64,000 nucleotides of DNA from the human T2T-CHM13v2.0 reference genome, Homo sapiens: assembly GCF_009914755.1 (NCBI RefSeq), contig NC_060929.1; one strand, given 5' to 3'. The notes under the pieces are model-generated. The model searched no databases. It saw nothing but the letters and a program-made list of their open reading frames with translations, and was not told where the DNA came from. The position numbers and the translations under genes were made by a program. This document shows, in pieces, positions 39,545-55,544 of this stretch (its first letter is position 1; each line of letters starts with the position of its first letter).

Positions 39545-40215
39545 GCCTATAAACAAATAAATAATATTAAGCACTAAAAATACTATGAAAAAAATAAGAT
39601 AGGTTAATGTGATAATGAGGGAGTGACACATGAGGACAGAGAATAGCTTGGGCTAGGATAGAAGGGCGGGTCACTTTGACAAGGTGTCCTGATTAATGAG
39701 AAAGAAGCGGATATGGCGAGAACCAGGGGAAGATTGTAAGATTGATTCAGGAACATAAACTAACACATGCAAGGGCCTTGGGATAGGAAAGACCTGGTAC
39801 AGAAGAGACAGAAAGAAGGCCAGTGTGGCCAGAGCACTGAGAAAGGAGGCTGGAGAGGTGGGCAGGAGCTTAATCACCTAGGGTCTTGGAAACACCTTCA
39901 ATGCACTGCAATAGCAAATAATTTGGATTTCATTTTGTTGGATTTCCATCATGGGAAGTTTCTCATCTCTTTTAGAAAGAACTTCTGTCTACAGCTTAGA
40001 TCACTGGAGACAAGAGTGAATGCGAGCCCACCTGTCAAGAGCTTGTTCCGGGAATCCAGGTAGCCTGGATGAAGGTGTGGTAAGATTCAGGATGTATTTT
40101 GGGTAAAGGTGATCTAATAATAGATAGATCAAAGCATGAAGAAAAGAAAAAGATCCAGCATGATTCTTAGGTTTTTGGTCCAACAACTGGGGTCATGGTA
40201 GTTGTATTTACTGAG
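39545..40215 (-). mobile_element. L2 fragment
   Basis: tgcaagggccttgggatagga...gaaggccagtgtggccagagc...aggtttttggtccaacaactgg. Confidence 0.7.
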
Positions 40216-40756
40216 TAATGAAATGTCATAGCTAAAGTTCCTTTTTTCACACAGTAAGAAATACATTATTAAAATGTTTTCCATTTTTGGTTAGCTACTA
40301 AGGACCTCAGAGATACAATTAGCTTTGAGTAATAATAATTAGTACCAGAAGTTTCTGACATATTTTTCTCTATTCAACTCAATGATTTCTGATCTTTCAA
40401 CGTGTTTTTGTTTACTTAAGTTCCTGTTTCATAGATCAACGGTAAGTTTAGTTTTAAAATAATATAATAAATGAAGATAAATATATTCCCAACCAAGCAA
40501 CCCTAGATCCTGAGACTGAACCATATTTACACATATGAGTCACCTTCATTTCTTCTCTTGTTACAGGTGAGTTGGATACTTTGCCTATTTTTTAGTGTGT
40601 GTATGTTGTGGGGTAGGGGTGAGCTGTTTTTCCCAATGATTTAAACAAACTTCTTTTTATAGAAAGAATATTAACCCTTAATCTGTATGCAATCTTGATG
40701 TGTCATTTGTCTTTCAATTTTGTTTTAGTGTTTTCTGATATACATAAAGTATTTAA

Positions 40757-42638
<1,882 letters not shown>

Positions 42639-44328
42639 ATTTGCTTCATGATATTTTGTTGTGCTTTTAGTGCTATATCAGCTAAATATTTACCTACATT
42701 TACTTTTTCAGCCCATCTGAGAGTAAATCAGTCATTCAGAAAATGAGGTTTTCATGGGATTGGATCCTAGGGACTTGGTCCTCTTCTTATAGCTGCATTA
42801 TTTTTAAAAATCTCAAAAATCAATAAAAAAATAAGTTAACTGTTAAGGAAATGAAAATACAAGTCACAAACCACAAGAAAATATTTGTAAGTCATCTATA
42901 TGATAAGAATTTGTATAAAGAATACTGTATATCTTTTTAAAAATCCCAAAACTCAAGAATAACTGCATTATCCCTGACACTTCTGTTTTTGAGTGCTCTG
43001 TTTCAGGATTTTCACAGCTGACACCCCTGAGAGGCCACAGCACCTAGCACCCCTTAACTAGTGATGTTGTAATTTGATTGCTACATATCCCAGCGATGAT
43101 ATCATCAAATCAATTCAAAATATCAAATTCACTCAGTAGGGGTGAAAGCAAAACAAAACCAACTAAGCAATAAGAAGACCAAGGACTAAAACTGAATACA
43201 AATTCAAACAAAACAAACTAACAGTTTATCAAATAGTTCACATAGAGAAAATATTTATTCCAATTATTTCCCCCAAAAGGAACCAGGGATTCCTAAATAA
43301 ATGTCTGACTCCAGGTCTGTTGCAGGGAAAACACAAGACAAGTTTGAACGTTTTATGCCAGTGACAATGTCATGACTTACGCTGTAAGAATACAAGATCC
43401 AGCCTGAGCAGGCTCTAATTAGAAAGAAAGTAAAAAAAAAACCAAACAAACTATGACTCTATATTGCTGTTTGATGGAATAAGACAAGGGGAGTTAGAGG
43501 AAAGTTCTTTTTTGCAAAAGAATTTCAGCTAGTAAGCACAGAGGGAATGACAGAATTCACATTTTAAAAAATTAAAATATAAACAAAAGATTCCTACCCA
43601 ATAAAGTTGTACAAACAGAAAAAACCTCAAAATTTGTACATCCTGAAACAAAACCATCTTTTTTTCAAAATAGGTAATATTTCCTGTTGAGATACAGAAT
43701 AACATACAGGGAAGAAAACATCTTGTTTCCTGTTGGTTCCATTGAGTGAAGAGCAATACAGAGTATGTACATAGAGCCTCTACTCTTAGCCAAAGTAACA
43801 ATTTTCATGTATTTACTTTCGGTAGTTGGTGCCATCAACCTAACGTGGATTCTGAACCAGAACCAGAAGTGTGAGTGATTCACTGCCTGCCCCACCAATA
43901 CTCCAGTCAATCAATCAGGTGGGGCCTGGCTGTGTGTGGCAGGCAGTATGTGTGCCCAGGGAAAGGGGGCTGCAGGCACATGTTCACCTGGCAGACAGAA
44001 AGAACGTAGAGAGTCACTCCAACACTGCATTAGTTAGTGATCCCACTCTTTCTGCAGTTTCCAGGGTTCCTGTGTGGAATGCCTTCTGCTGGTCACAGGT
44101 TCAATGGAGAGAATGAAATGAAGAACCTGAATTATTCACAAACAGGCTAAATAGTTAAACTAAGGAAACTCCTTTCAAAGACAAAATAAAGAGCTTCAGT
44201 GCTTTCCAATATCCAGGTGATTGATGAAAAACATAGCTGTTCTTTGCAACCTTACAAGTAATACTGTATTTCATCCACTAGATCAGATGCTCTCCTAGGG
44301 CAAGGTCTGTGTTTTTTTCCTCACCACT

Positions 44329-44825
44329 TGTGGTAAATTGTGAATGTAGCCACAATTTATCATATTAATTTTTCTGTATTACATATAAAGCAACGTGTCT
44401 TTGCAGCTCCTCATGTTAAGAGGTGGAATTTACTTTCCCTCCCCTTGAATGGAGGCTGGGCTTGTGGCTTGCCTTGAATGATAGGACTCATCAAAAGTAA
44501 TACTGTGCTAGTTCCAAGCAGAGGCCTCAAGAGGTTGTTAATGCTCTTGAAAACTTGCCTATGTGAACCAGCTGAGCAAGCCAGCTGGAGGATGGTAAGC
44601 CACTTCAATCAGGACAAGCAGCTGAGGCCACTCCAGTCCCGCCAGTCTCAGCTGACCCAAAGCTCACTGCGGCTGCATGAGTGAGCCAGGCCAACAGCAG
44701 AAGAAAAACCCAGCTCACTCCAGACACAGTGCCAACCTGCAGGACTATGAGCTATATCAATGGCTGTTGTTTTAAGCCACAAAGTTGAAGGGTGGTTTGT
44801 TATTCAGCAAAAGCTAACAGACACA
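44329..44825 (+). mobile_element. MLT1 (F/G-like) solo LTR inserted into an L2 3' end
   Basis: TG...CA termini; 5-bp TSD ccact/ccatt at 44324-44328 and 44826-44830. Confidence 0.8.
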
Positions 44826-45254
44826 CCATTATCCCTAGTGATTACCACAGTACCAGGCATTTAGAAGTTGCACGTCGGAAGTTGGAATTGAGGAATAAAC
44901 TAACCCATCTCATATAATGCCCAAATGTGGGGCAGTTCTGTGCTAAATACTAGGATACAGAGATATCAAAGAACCCAGGGACTAGCAGAAGAGACAATTA
45001 GGTGGTATTTATACAAGGTATTGTAACAATCCATGATTACAGTATGTTCAGAATAGTGTGAGGGATACCCAGGACCCAGATTAAGGGTAGGGATCACAGG
45101 AAGCCCCTTAAGGAGGTGATACATTAGCTAAGACTTCTCAGAAATGGGCAAAAGTAACTAGATGAAGTGGCAATGTGTAGGTAAGTGTGCACTTATTAAC
45201 AAACTGCTTGGGAAACTGGAACCGGAGTAAGACAGGGGAAGATGATTAACTTTT

Positions 45255-45450
45255 AGTGGTTGCTCTACTCACCAGCTATGCAAAGCTCAGCAATAACCAC
45301 TTCTCTAAGTCTTAGTTTCCTTAGCAAAATAGGATGGGAATAGTACTCAACTCAGGGAGTTGCTCTGAGGACTAAATAAAATAATCTATGTAAAGTGTTA
45401 GCATAATGCCATCATTTAATATATACTTAACAAAGACTGTTATTATTGTT
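45255..45450 (+). mobile_element. MIR
   Basis: tctaagtcttagtttccttagcaaaataggat...tgaggactaaataaaataatctatgtaaagtg. Confidence 0.7.
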
Positions 45451-48400
45451 TTATTAATATTTATTATTTATTATTATATTATTATTGTCTTGTTACCATA
45501 AGCACATATGTATTTGAATTTAAAAGCATTTCAACAAAGTAGAAAATAAAGCCTAATCAGAAATCAATGAACATCACAAATATATACGTAAGCTTTGGAA
45601 AGAAGTAAATTCTTTACCTGAATTTTTATATTCTGTGCTTCTGTAATAAATGAAATTATATATTTTTTTTAAAGTGGAGAAAAAGGTTTCCAGGCAGAAA
45701 CAGCAAGTATAAAGATAGGGTGGTGAACAACTGTATGGCATATATGGGAGACTGCAAATGCCAATTCTGACCAAAATATGATGTGCAAGGGATAGGACTG
45801 TGATAGATGAGGCAGAGAAAATAGCAGAGCCACATCATAAAGGACCTCATATATAAAGCAAAGAGTTTGGAGTTTATCTAAAAGTCAGTGAGGAGCCATT
45901 GCTACCTCTCATTTGGAATTAATGTATGTAGCAATTTTCTTGGAAAGCAATCAAAATGTACAGTTGCTTTTTAAGTAGGGGTGAGATGACATCATTTCAC
46001 CTACTGCACTTTATTCAACAATTTTCGAGTGCCTTTCGATCAGCATGTCTCCAATGTAGGGGATTCCAAGTAATAAAATCCAGGTGCTCTCAAACAGTTT
46101 CCATGCTGGTGGGTAAAATGGCCTTGAAAGCAAATTGCTACAACTCAATATGGTACACTGTAACAGGGAAAAGAAAGAAGTTCCATGAGCACAATGGCTT
46201 GAAGTTCAAATTGTGGGAGACGGGGAGAAGCAGGAGGGTTGCAGACAAAGGTTAAACGTGTAAGATTTGGGGGTGTACTGAACAAAATTATGACCCCAGT
46301 GCCTGTCCATTCCTGTGATTTCCAGTTTCTCTCTCTTACGCATTCCCACAACTCTCCATCATATCAGAGTACCATTACTATCCCTGCATCTACAGCCTGT
46401 GATTGCCAACAGGAATGCCTTACGTATCAATTATGAAAGAAATAATACAATTACTTATTCTATAACCTGAGCCCAACAGAATTAAATCATAAGCACTGCA
46501 TATTTAGACTTACCCCCCCTCCCAAGTTTCAGAAGTGAAATTTAGCAACTTTTCCTTATTACTAATGGGACCTGAACTTAAAATAGCTGTCTAAACGCAG
46601 TTAACAAACTATACAGCTCAGCAATAATCTAAGTTGGTTATTTTGAACCTTTGTGGTTTTCATTTTCCTAAGTTTGAGGTTTTATTCAATGTCAGGTCAT
46701 ACATTAGAAACTTTGTTATGATTTACCCCATAAAATTTGAATTTTTGGAAAAAGGGAAATCCACAGTAAAAATCTGAAAAAGCAAAAGCCAACATGAAAA
46801 ATGTCTAAGTAATGCTTTTGTTATTTTATGGGTTACTATACCTAGTTTAGCAGGCATGATTACTGACCACCTCTCCAATCCATAGGCATAAGCAATGACG
46901 ATAGATGGTGGCACATAGGACCCTTCTTGCCAGGGACCCTTGCCTATGGATCCATATTTTAAAGCTTTATATTTGTGTTCTTCTACAATACAATGTGCAT
47001 TTTTATTATGTTTACTGTTTTAAATTTAGCTGCAATACCAAAGTCTACTGCAAGAACATATATTAATATATACTAAATAGTATTATGAAATTTCTCATAA
47101 CAAAAGACAGTTTTCAGCACTTATCAAATTTCTGACTCCATTGGGAACTACAAAGCCATCATCTTCAACACTGAGTGACCCTTCCTTACTTTTCTAAAGC
47201 CTTTCTCCTCAACTGCACATTTAAATGGCTGGGACTATAGGTGACATTGATATAAAATAATGTTTCTTTGGATGACTGAAATTCCCTAAGTTCTTCCTTT
47301 ATCATTATCTGTTCTGTAAAAAATTATTTATTTCTACATATTTGTGTGCCCCATTTAATGCTACTCCAAGTGGTGCTGAACAAGTTTCCTAAAAGTAGGC
47401 CTATAACAATCCATAGCATGCTGTATATATTTTGTGTAATTCTCATACTCAGGATAGTGCCAATGAAGGAAAGCTACTTTAGCAGCTCTGAGCCAGTTAG
47501 TAAACTGTAGAGCTGGGATTGAACCCAGCCAGTCTAGCTCCAGAAAACTTATATTTGCAAGTACATCTTATATTTGCAAATGAAGGGGAATAAAGGGAAG
47601 TGCACTGTTCAGGTTTCAAGGTGTTTGACATGACTCTAGAGCAAGTTTCAGCTTCTACTTGGCCTGACCTCATGAACCTAACAGTATCTTGTAAGGAGAC
47701 TCCAGAATAGTGTTAACTTAGAAACTAAATTTTTCATGGAATTGGGGTCATTATTAGGGACTCATTTATCTATCTTCTCCTGGGGAAATTCCAGTACTAG
47801 AAAACTATTCCCAAGAATCAGTTTACACATGGGCACTTGTAACCCATAGGAGTACATTTTAAAAGGGTCCTAGGAACTTTTGCCAAGTCCCCTAGGGACT
47901 TGGGCTTGGATGCAGGGAAGAGGATATCACATCTCTGTACCATCTCTATATTCCAGGAGACTCCTCTTGAGAGGAATGGAACATGCAGAGAAGGTTGGAG
48001 CCCTAGGAATACTGCTGAGGGGAAGTCCAGGAATTGTCCCTTATTAGAGCTTCATTAGGAGTAGCAGGAGGAAATGTTACACTAAACAAAACCTGTGCTA
48101 GGAGGTATCCATTCCAGCAAGACTTGTCTTTAAAAGAAAAGGAATTCAGTCCCAAATGGGCACACCATCCAGGAAAAATATGATGATTAAGCCTTTTAAT
48201 ATTCCCTACTCCAAGGATTGAGAATACATCTTTTTCTCACCATGTGTTATAGGTTTCGAGGCTCAGAAACTCCAAGTGGAGACTTTACCTATTACTGAGT
48301 TCCTAAAAACATCAAGTCTACCAGGACCAAAGATCCCAAGGAAAGGAGGTTAATCTTGTTTCAAACTTATGGTATGTTCTGTGTCTGTGCTCTGATGCCA

Positions 48401-48554
48401 GCAGCTGCCATTCCTTATTTTGTAACATTTCCCTGACATGGTGATCATCTGCTGGTATCTTTCTGGGGAACCATCACACCACATTCTTAAGCATGTGATT
48501 TGGATAGAGCTGATCACAGATGGGCCATCGCAGAATACACTTTTGTCTTGCACA

Positions 48555-48945
48555 AAGTGATGGTTTCAGGCATGACAAGGTCACCTCAGGCCACTGATAC
48601 TAAACGGTTCAGACCAAGACTTGTGCTGAAGCTATTTGCAGAGACCCTTCTGTTCCAGAAAAGGCTAGCTGACAGGGCAACAGAAGTCTGGAGCTGCTGG
48701 TGGTCGTCTTTGCTGGCACATGCAGGGAGCCCACTACTCAGAGGAGAGCAGACCCCAGAGCAGAAAGAGAAAGGGAGAAGTACAATGTTCTGATGACACT
48801 GGGGAGACCCTTGGATCCTGTTGAGTCTGAAGCCATGTTTATCTCTGGAATATCTCAGATACTTGAGTCAACAAATTCCTGTTTTGTTCAGGCTGGTTTG
48901 TACTGGTCATTCTATCACCTGAAAACCAAATAATCCTGACTAATT
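48555..48945 (+). mobile_element. MLT1J/K-like LTR
   Basis: ctggagctgctggtgg...ttggatcctg...ctgaagcc...gagtcaacaaattcc...tcctgactaat. Confidence 0.65.
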
Positions 48946-50194
48946 TGCCTGTATTTCCATTCGCTTCAATTCAACAAACATGAATTGAAGACCTACTGAG
49001 GGCCAGGCACTGCACTAGGTTCTGGGGCTGCATGTATGAATAAAGCATAGTTGCTGACCTCCTGGGAGTAAACCTGCAATTTAGGGGATCTCTAAAGGTT
49101 AGCAGGCCACATGCTGTTTTGAAAGCATGGTTCACAGATGTCTGCGTTGACTCCATCTAACTGATCCAGAACAGTCATTTTAAAGGGCAAGGAAATGGAG
49201 TAATACCCAATTGGTAAACATGCTTAGAGAACATAAAACTGGCAGTATATTTTTACAAGCTAATAAGTGAAGAATAAAATTATCTTTGAGAAGCTATTCA
49301 ATGAGAATCAGAATCTTATCTAAAATTAGTATTCTAGAGCACAATAATAAATACTTTATTCAAAGCCTACTGTACTGAAAATAACAATGTAGAAAAATAA
49401 ACTCATACTAAATTTAGTTGAGTGTTAATTATGATAGAGATAAACAAATGAATCCAGAGACAGCATGAAACTTGGGTACATAATAATTTAGGAGTTCATT
49501 TAAATAGTTTTGTATTTTAAATAATTTATTTTGATGTCATTAATCACTACTCATTTTCAATCCGAAAATATATGAGGAAACAGATTACCTTTCCAAATGG
49601 AAATAGATGTACTTAGTTCACATAATGAATCGGGTACTCTGGGGGACATAGTACTGAAATGCTTCAGGGCATTTGCTTTTAATAAATGAAAAGTTGCATG
49701 GCAACACCCTTCATAAAACTAGATGAGTCAAAAAAGAGACATTTCCCAAAGATGTCATATTAGTATTATTCACCATTTATAAATAAAGTAACATTTTATT
49801 ATAAAAGTTTTTTAAAGCAGATCATACTACAAAGATAAAATAAGAATTAGCATATAACTTTTATGGAAATAAATCTGACAGGAATGCCAAGGTTAAGAGG
49901 TACAGCAAGCCTAAGTAAAGCTAAAAAGTAAATAAAGTTCTGCCTCAGCCTCCACTTTTCTGAGTCTCTCAGTTTTTAAATACCATTCCTCAGGTGCCAT
50001 GTGTCCACAAATATTAATCTATAAAGTTCTACGAATTCTAAAAGTATTCCTTTCTTTTTGTCCAAGTATTGGCCATTCATACTTCTGAAGCAGAGAGGAA
50101 TGATATGCTGGTGTATAGGGGAAAAGCTATTTCCTTTAGTTGGGATAAAGCTATGAAAACTTCAATTGTTTTTCAAGTTTGGATTTCCTTCTAT

Positions 50195-50313
50195 GTTTTT
50201 ATTTTAAGTTCCAGGATACATGTCCAGGATGTGCAGGTTTGTTACATAGGTAAACGTCTGCCATGGTGGTTTGCTGCACCTATCAACCCATCACCTAGGT
50301 ATTAAGCCCAGCA
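50195..50313 (-). mobile_element. Short L1PA (about PA8-13) 3' terminal fragment
   Basis: ggatgtgcaggtttgttacataggtaaac...tcacctaggtattaagccc. Confidence 0.85.
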
Positions 50314-52599
50314 GTCTCACCATTCTGAAGCACTATGACATGGCTGTATCAAAAGTGAACTTGGGGTTTAGTTTCCAATAATGTGGTTACATCAAGGTGC
50401 AGGAAGCAGTCAAGCCAATTTTAGTATGGATTACAGTTAAGAAAGATTAAAAATCTGTGCTCGGCATTCTCCTTTATCTCCATACACTGGAGTTTATTTG
50501 CCTGTTTCCCCATTCTCCTAGTAACAGTTTCTCTAAAAGACCAAGCCTTACCTTAGCTGCCCTAAAGGAAAGGGATTTTGTCAATCTCCCTTCAAGTGCT
50601 CTTCATTCCAGGTGCGTTACAAGAGTGGCTAGCCCATGAGGAGGACCAGATGGAAACCAAGAACATTTGCTGTGTCAGGGCAGCTCCTTCCTGCTGGGTC
50701 CTAGACCTTGACACATCTTATTCACTGTCACAGAGCAACCTCACAAAGTAATGAACAGCAAGATGTTAGTGATTAATAACCAGCTTAATGTGTTGCAGGC
50801 TCAAACACAAGCCACTAATATATTTTAAAAGTGGTAACTACAAAGCCGAGGGGATGGAAATTGCAATGGAGTATCAGACCTAGGCAGCTCTCAAAGTCTT
50901 TAGACCAATAAGGCACCCCTGCACCCTTCAAGTCAAATCAACTTCATAACATTTATTCCATCTATTATAAAGGAAAGCTGGCCTTGCTAACAATTGGTAA
51001 GTCACCCTTAGCTAGACACCTTTGCGTTTTGCAACATCGATACTGTCACTTATGTGTCGTAATATCCATCAATACCCATAATAAGTTACCTCATACCTAG
51101 TGGATGCTGATAAACATTTGTAAAGAGGTCTTAGAATGGGTTGAAAGAAATCCAAAAGAATCCACACAGCCTTAAAAGGATGAAGGTCTGGGGAAAATAT
51201 TAATAGGTAGTAACAATAGGTAGCTACTTATTGTTCAGTATCTACTATATACCAGATGTTATATTTTTTAATTAAAATAATGCTTACTATGCCATTCAAA
51301 GAAATCACAAAAGTAGTATTAAATAGAAGTAAAATTATTTTCATTGTAAGACTGATAGATGCCTGGCACATGAAGGTTACCTGATAAAGGCATATTCCTG
51401 CATTTACAAGTTTACCAAGAGTCTAGACTAATCATGCAGTTAGGCTGAGGTCAATGACATTTTTCCTTCAGATTTGGTTGCTCCCATTGACCTTCCAGAG
51501 TTGAGGCATTTCACATTCAACACAGACTTGACCATTTAGATTTTCCCCTTACACCAGAAAAACCTCCTATATTTCCCATTGCAGGAGGATGCACCATTTA
51601 AGCAAAAGCAAGGTAGAGCATCAATGTAAAAATAAGAATGGTATAAACTAGTGAATATAAATGCTGAGACACACAATACAATTCTAAAAGTTCTATTCTC
51701 AGATTTACTTAGATTTTCAATATCCTTTCTCTGAATCTAAATTCAGAAGATGAAAACTTGTTGCTCACCAAGGAAACGCTTGATATGCTGGCAATTTTCT
51801 CTTCATCCTTCAGGCTACTCCTTATATATTGAACTCTTTAGAATATGACTTCTGTCCCTTTAAATTACAGAGTTTTCTAACCATAAATTGAAAAAAAAAA
51901 TTTCGTACCAGAAAGAGACAGAGCTGGATCATCAAGTTCAAGTCTAATTTTATAATGAAGAATGATGAGGACTTGCTTGGTGTTACACAGACGCAGAAAA
52001 TAATATAGAAGACAAATCTATTGACTTTCATGAGGGAGCTATTTTTTAGACACCTACCTTATGTCTCTGAGTCCAGCAGTTCTTAGTTATTACATTCTGC
52101 TGTAGGTTATATCTTTGTCAGGAGGCAATTTCTTTATATCAATACTTCATCAGCTCAAATGTTTGCAAACAAGCAAAACAAGTCATAAGTGCTTTTGCAT
52201 AAATTCCCATTTCCTTTTAGAAGGGATATGCAAAACTTTTTTTTAAAGAATAAGTTTGCTGGACTCATGGAATACCCAACAGAACAATTCCTAGACTATG
52301 CCTATAACAAGTAAATAACTAATTAGTGTGTGGTAGACTGGTGAGTGTTTATTACCAATATCCCATAGTTATCTCAAGAAATTTATAAATACCCAGTTGG
52401 TGGGCATAAAATATTTTCCCCAAAACAACACAGCCTTGCAAAACAAATTACAATGAGATTTTTCACAGCACATTCTCTGATCTAGTGTGATCAACTTTGT
52501 GCAGAAACAGCTTACTCTCTAACAAGATTTATGGACTCTCTGCCATAATATAGATAATGTGAATCCAACCTACTTACCCACTCTTTTTTTTGTCTATTG

Positions 52600-52950
52600 C
52601 TAGAAAGCAGCCACCCAGCCAGCGACACTTCCTCTTGCATCTAGGTGGGGCCATGTGACTGGTTCTCATCAGTGGAGTGTAAGTATTAGAGATGTGTGTC
52701 ACTTACCAGCAAAGGTGGATAGGAGGAGACTGTCTTCTCTATTCTGTCTCTCTCTTTCTGCCTGAACACTGAAGACTCCAAGATATCTAGTAAGCAGCAC
52801 AGTTCCAATATGGAAGGAACTTGGGTTCCCAGAAAGCTCAAAAATATCTAAATTGGATGTTATGTGAGTTAAAATAAACCTTTATTATGTTAAGCTCCTG
52901 AAATTGTGGGGTTTATTTTTTATACGCATTGCAAAAACCTAACTAACACA
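52600..52950 (+). mobile_element. Old MLT1 LTR
   Basis: ctaggtggggccatgtgactggttct...aataaacctttattatgttaagc...ctaactaacaca. Confidence 0.6.
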
Positions 52951-54947
52951 TTGATTTTTGCTAGATATATCCATGGACAAAGTAGTACCATCCAGATGAT
53001 AGTAGCTGCTAATAAATGTGGCATCGAGTATACCAATTTTACTATTACATTTTTCCTCTATCATGTTCCCAGGATCCCAGTCACTGGCTAGGCTACACCA
53101 AGTGCAGCTAAAATTCAGAAGTTCTTACGGCCAATCTAAGCATGTTAAAGGACTTTTGAGTCTACCAATATTGGGGATGATAAAGCTTACTCCAATTGTA
53201 CCTGACTTCAAATTTCTAATGTGAATTACATCTCTGTAAGTCTATTAAATTCAAGGATAATTCCCTGGGACTCGTTATCATGTCAGCAAAACAACCCTCT
53301 TTCCCAGTAGTAGGCTCCATGTGAGAGGACTTATTTTGTAATGGGGAAAAAGAAAGCGTCAATTCCTGGTACTAATAATGTGAAGGATTCATTTGGAGAC
53401 ACTACACAATCTGCAATACACAAGATCCTAAAACATGTTTAGATGTCTAAGGTTCTGACTAACAATAAAGTTGTGCCTCCTTTTTGATTCAATAATGCAA
53501 AAGTTATAAATCTCCCATGACTAATAAATCTTTAAATGATGAGTTAAATTCTATTGGAAATGTTCATTGTCTATTTTGCATCTGTTTGTAGTTTATCATA
53601 ACTAGTGATGATAGTGCTTTCTCCAAAGAAAACAAGTAGAAGCATAAATGAGCTAGTTGTTGATTCAGGACTAAATTGGGGGAAATTACATCATGATAGT
53701 GTGTTCCCTTTGGTGGTATACTGAAGAACAAAGACTTTAAATGAATAAGTACAGAGTCTCACAAAGCTTTTATCACAGCTTCTGGTATACAGAATGACCA
53801 AGTTTAGACCCTAATTTTTAAGCCAAAAATCTATTTCCAGATTAGCCTATGGTTGACCTCAAGTGTTGCTTACATAGCTCACATTCTCAAACCCAAAAGG
53901 AATTTCACCCATTTTAAATTTGCATGATGCTCATCAAATATCAAGGTCAGATTAACCAAAAAGATGTTTGGTATAGACAGAACTTTTCACTGAAAACCAT
54001 ATATGCAAAAAATACAATTATTATCTTGGAGAAGGGTCTGTTTCAACTGAATTGAACATGACAAGTCAGTGAAATATATTTTTTTCCAAATATTGAGACC
54101 AAATAACTAATTAGTTGCCTCTGCAGTTAATTTTTCATCAGTTTTGTAGGAATATTTTCTTCATGAAGCTTTCCTTATTTTTCTCTGATGGATGTAATGT
54201 CTCTCCCTTTATCTGTGTACCTTTTATAGCACTGATTACTCTCTAGCTGGTTTTTCTATTCATACCTTGTTGATGTATGTTAATAGACCCAAAATCTGAG
54301 CAAACATACACATCTAACTTATCTTGGTATTTCCTGTACTCCAGCATATAATGCAGTGCCACAAATATAGAAAGAATACAACAAATATTTTAAAAGAAGT
54401 GCACACACGCTATATAACTATCCACTGGACTCCCATGTGTAATGCCTTACAGAAAAGAAGTTCATGTCTAGACGATAATACAGAAGAGGATACCACTTCT
54501 GTACCTTGTATAACAAAGTAGCTACAATGGAAATGCTCCTGGATACTTTCCCAATAACTAAATCCTTTTGAGTGATGCCAGAGGACAGCTCTCAAGTTAA
54601 CTTCAGCAGAACTGTATCTAGAACAAATGCCCAAGCACTAGTATTTTAGAAGTACATGGATTTAATCACTTTATTAAATACTGTGCTTAAAACTTTCCAT
54701 GGTATTTCTTCATCTACATCATGCAGTGACATTTGAAAGCCAGAATATTATATTTTTTAAACGTTAGCTATTTCTATCACACTGTAGCCTCAAATCTAAA
54801 AGCAATAAATTATTGGGAACAAACTTTAAAATGTTTTTAACTTCCATTTGAAGTCTAGGTAGAGATCTAGCAACTTCTTCCTCATTTATTTAATTCACTA
54901 TACTTCTAATAATCATTTATTTTAAGAAATAATCTGAGGACAAAATA

Positions 54948-55128
54948 TCAGATTTTACCTAATCTAAGATATGCAATTATTTCATGTCACACCATTACTT
55001 ATTACACCATTAAGACATAAAAACATTGCCAATTAATTGTAAGATAGCAAAAATTTTAAGAAGTATTTTAATTTTTGAAATGTTAAAAATGTGAAATAAA
55101 AAGTTCATCTTAGAGTCAATGAAATTAA
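54948..55128. mobile_element. Possible TcMar-Tc2 (MER104/Kanga-like) MITE
   Basis: Degenerate TIR-like ends aatctaagat.../...catcttagagtcaatgaaat. Confidence 0.35.
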
Positions 55129-55544
55129 TTACTTGACAGAGAACATGGAAGATGCAACAAATATATTATGGAAATGTAACACAAGGAAAATGAAAGGAAT
55201 TCTAAAGCAGAAGATTTCTTTTATGATATTCACTTATTGTTCTCAATATCAACTGCTTATATAGTTATATACTTTTAAAAGTATAAAGCATATTCCGACT
55301 TTTAGTAATTTACATTGACTATTATGTAAATCTAATGGTTGAAATAATACAGTATTTTATATGCCTAGCAGCTGGTAACCCCAGCTCCCTCCAGAGAGAG
55401 AACTAGGAAATGGAATACAGCATAAGAAATGGAATTTTTACTGTGTCATTTAGTACCTTTTGAACTGAGTACCATGCACATGCATTAATTATGCAAATAC
55501 TTTGAAAAAAACATTAAAGCAGCCTCTATAACTAAAAAATTAGG

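Noticed and set aside
40541-40572. Textbook recursive splice motif (polypyrimidine-CAG|GTGAGT)
   Set aside because: On the plus strand, antisense to MCTP1, and next to decayed L1 sequence; no plus-strand host transcript is evident.
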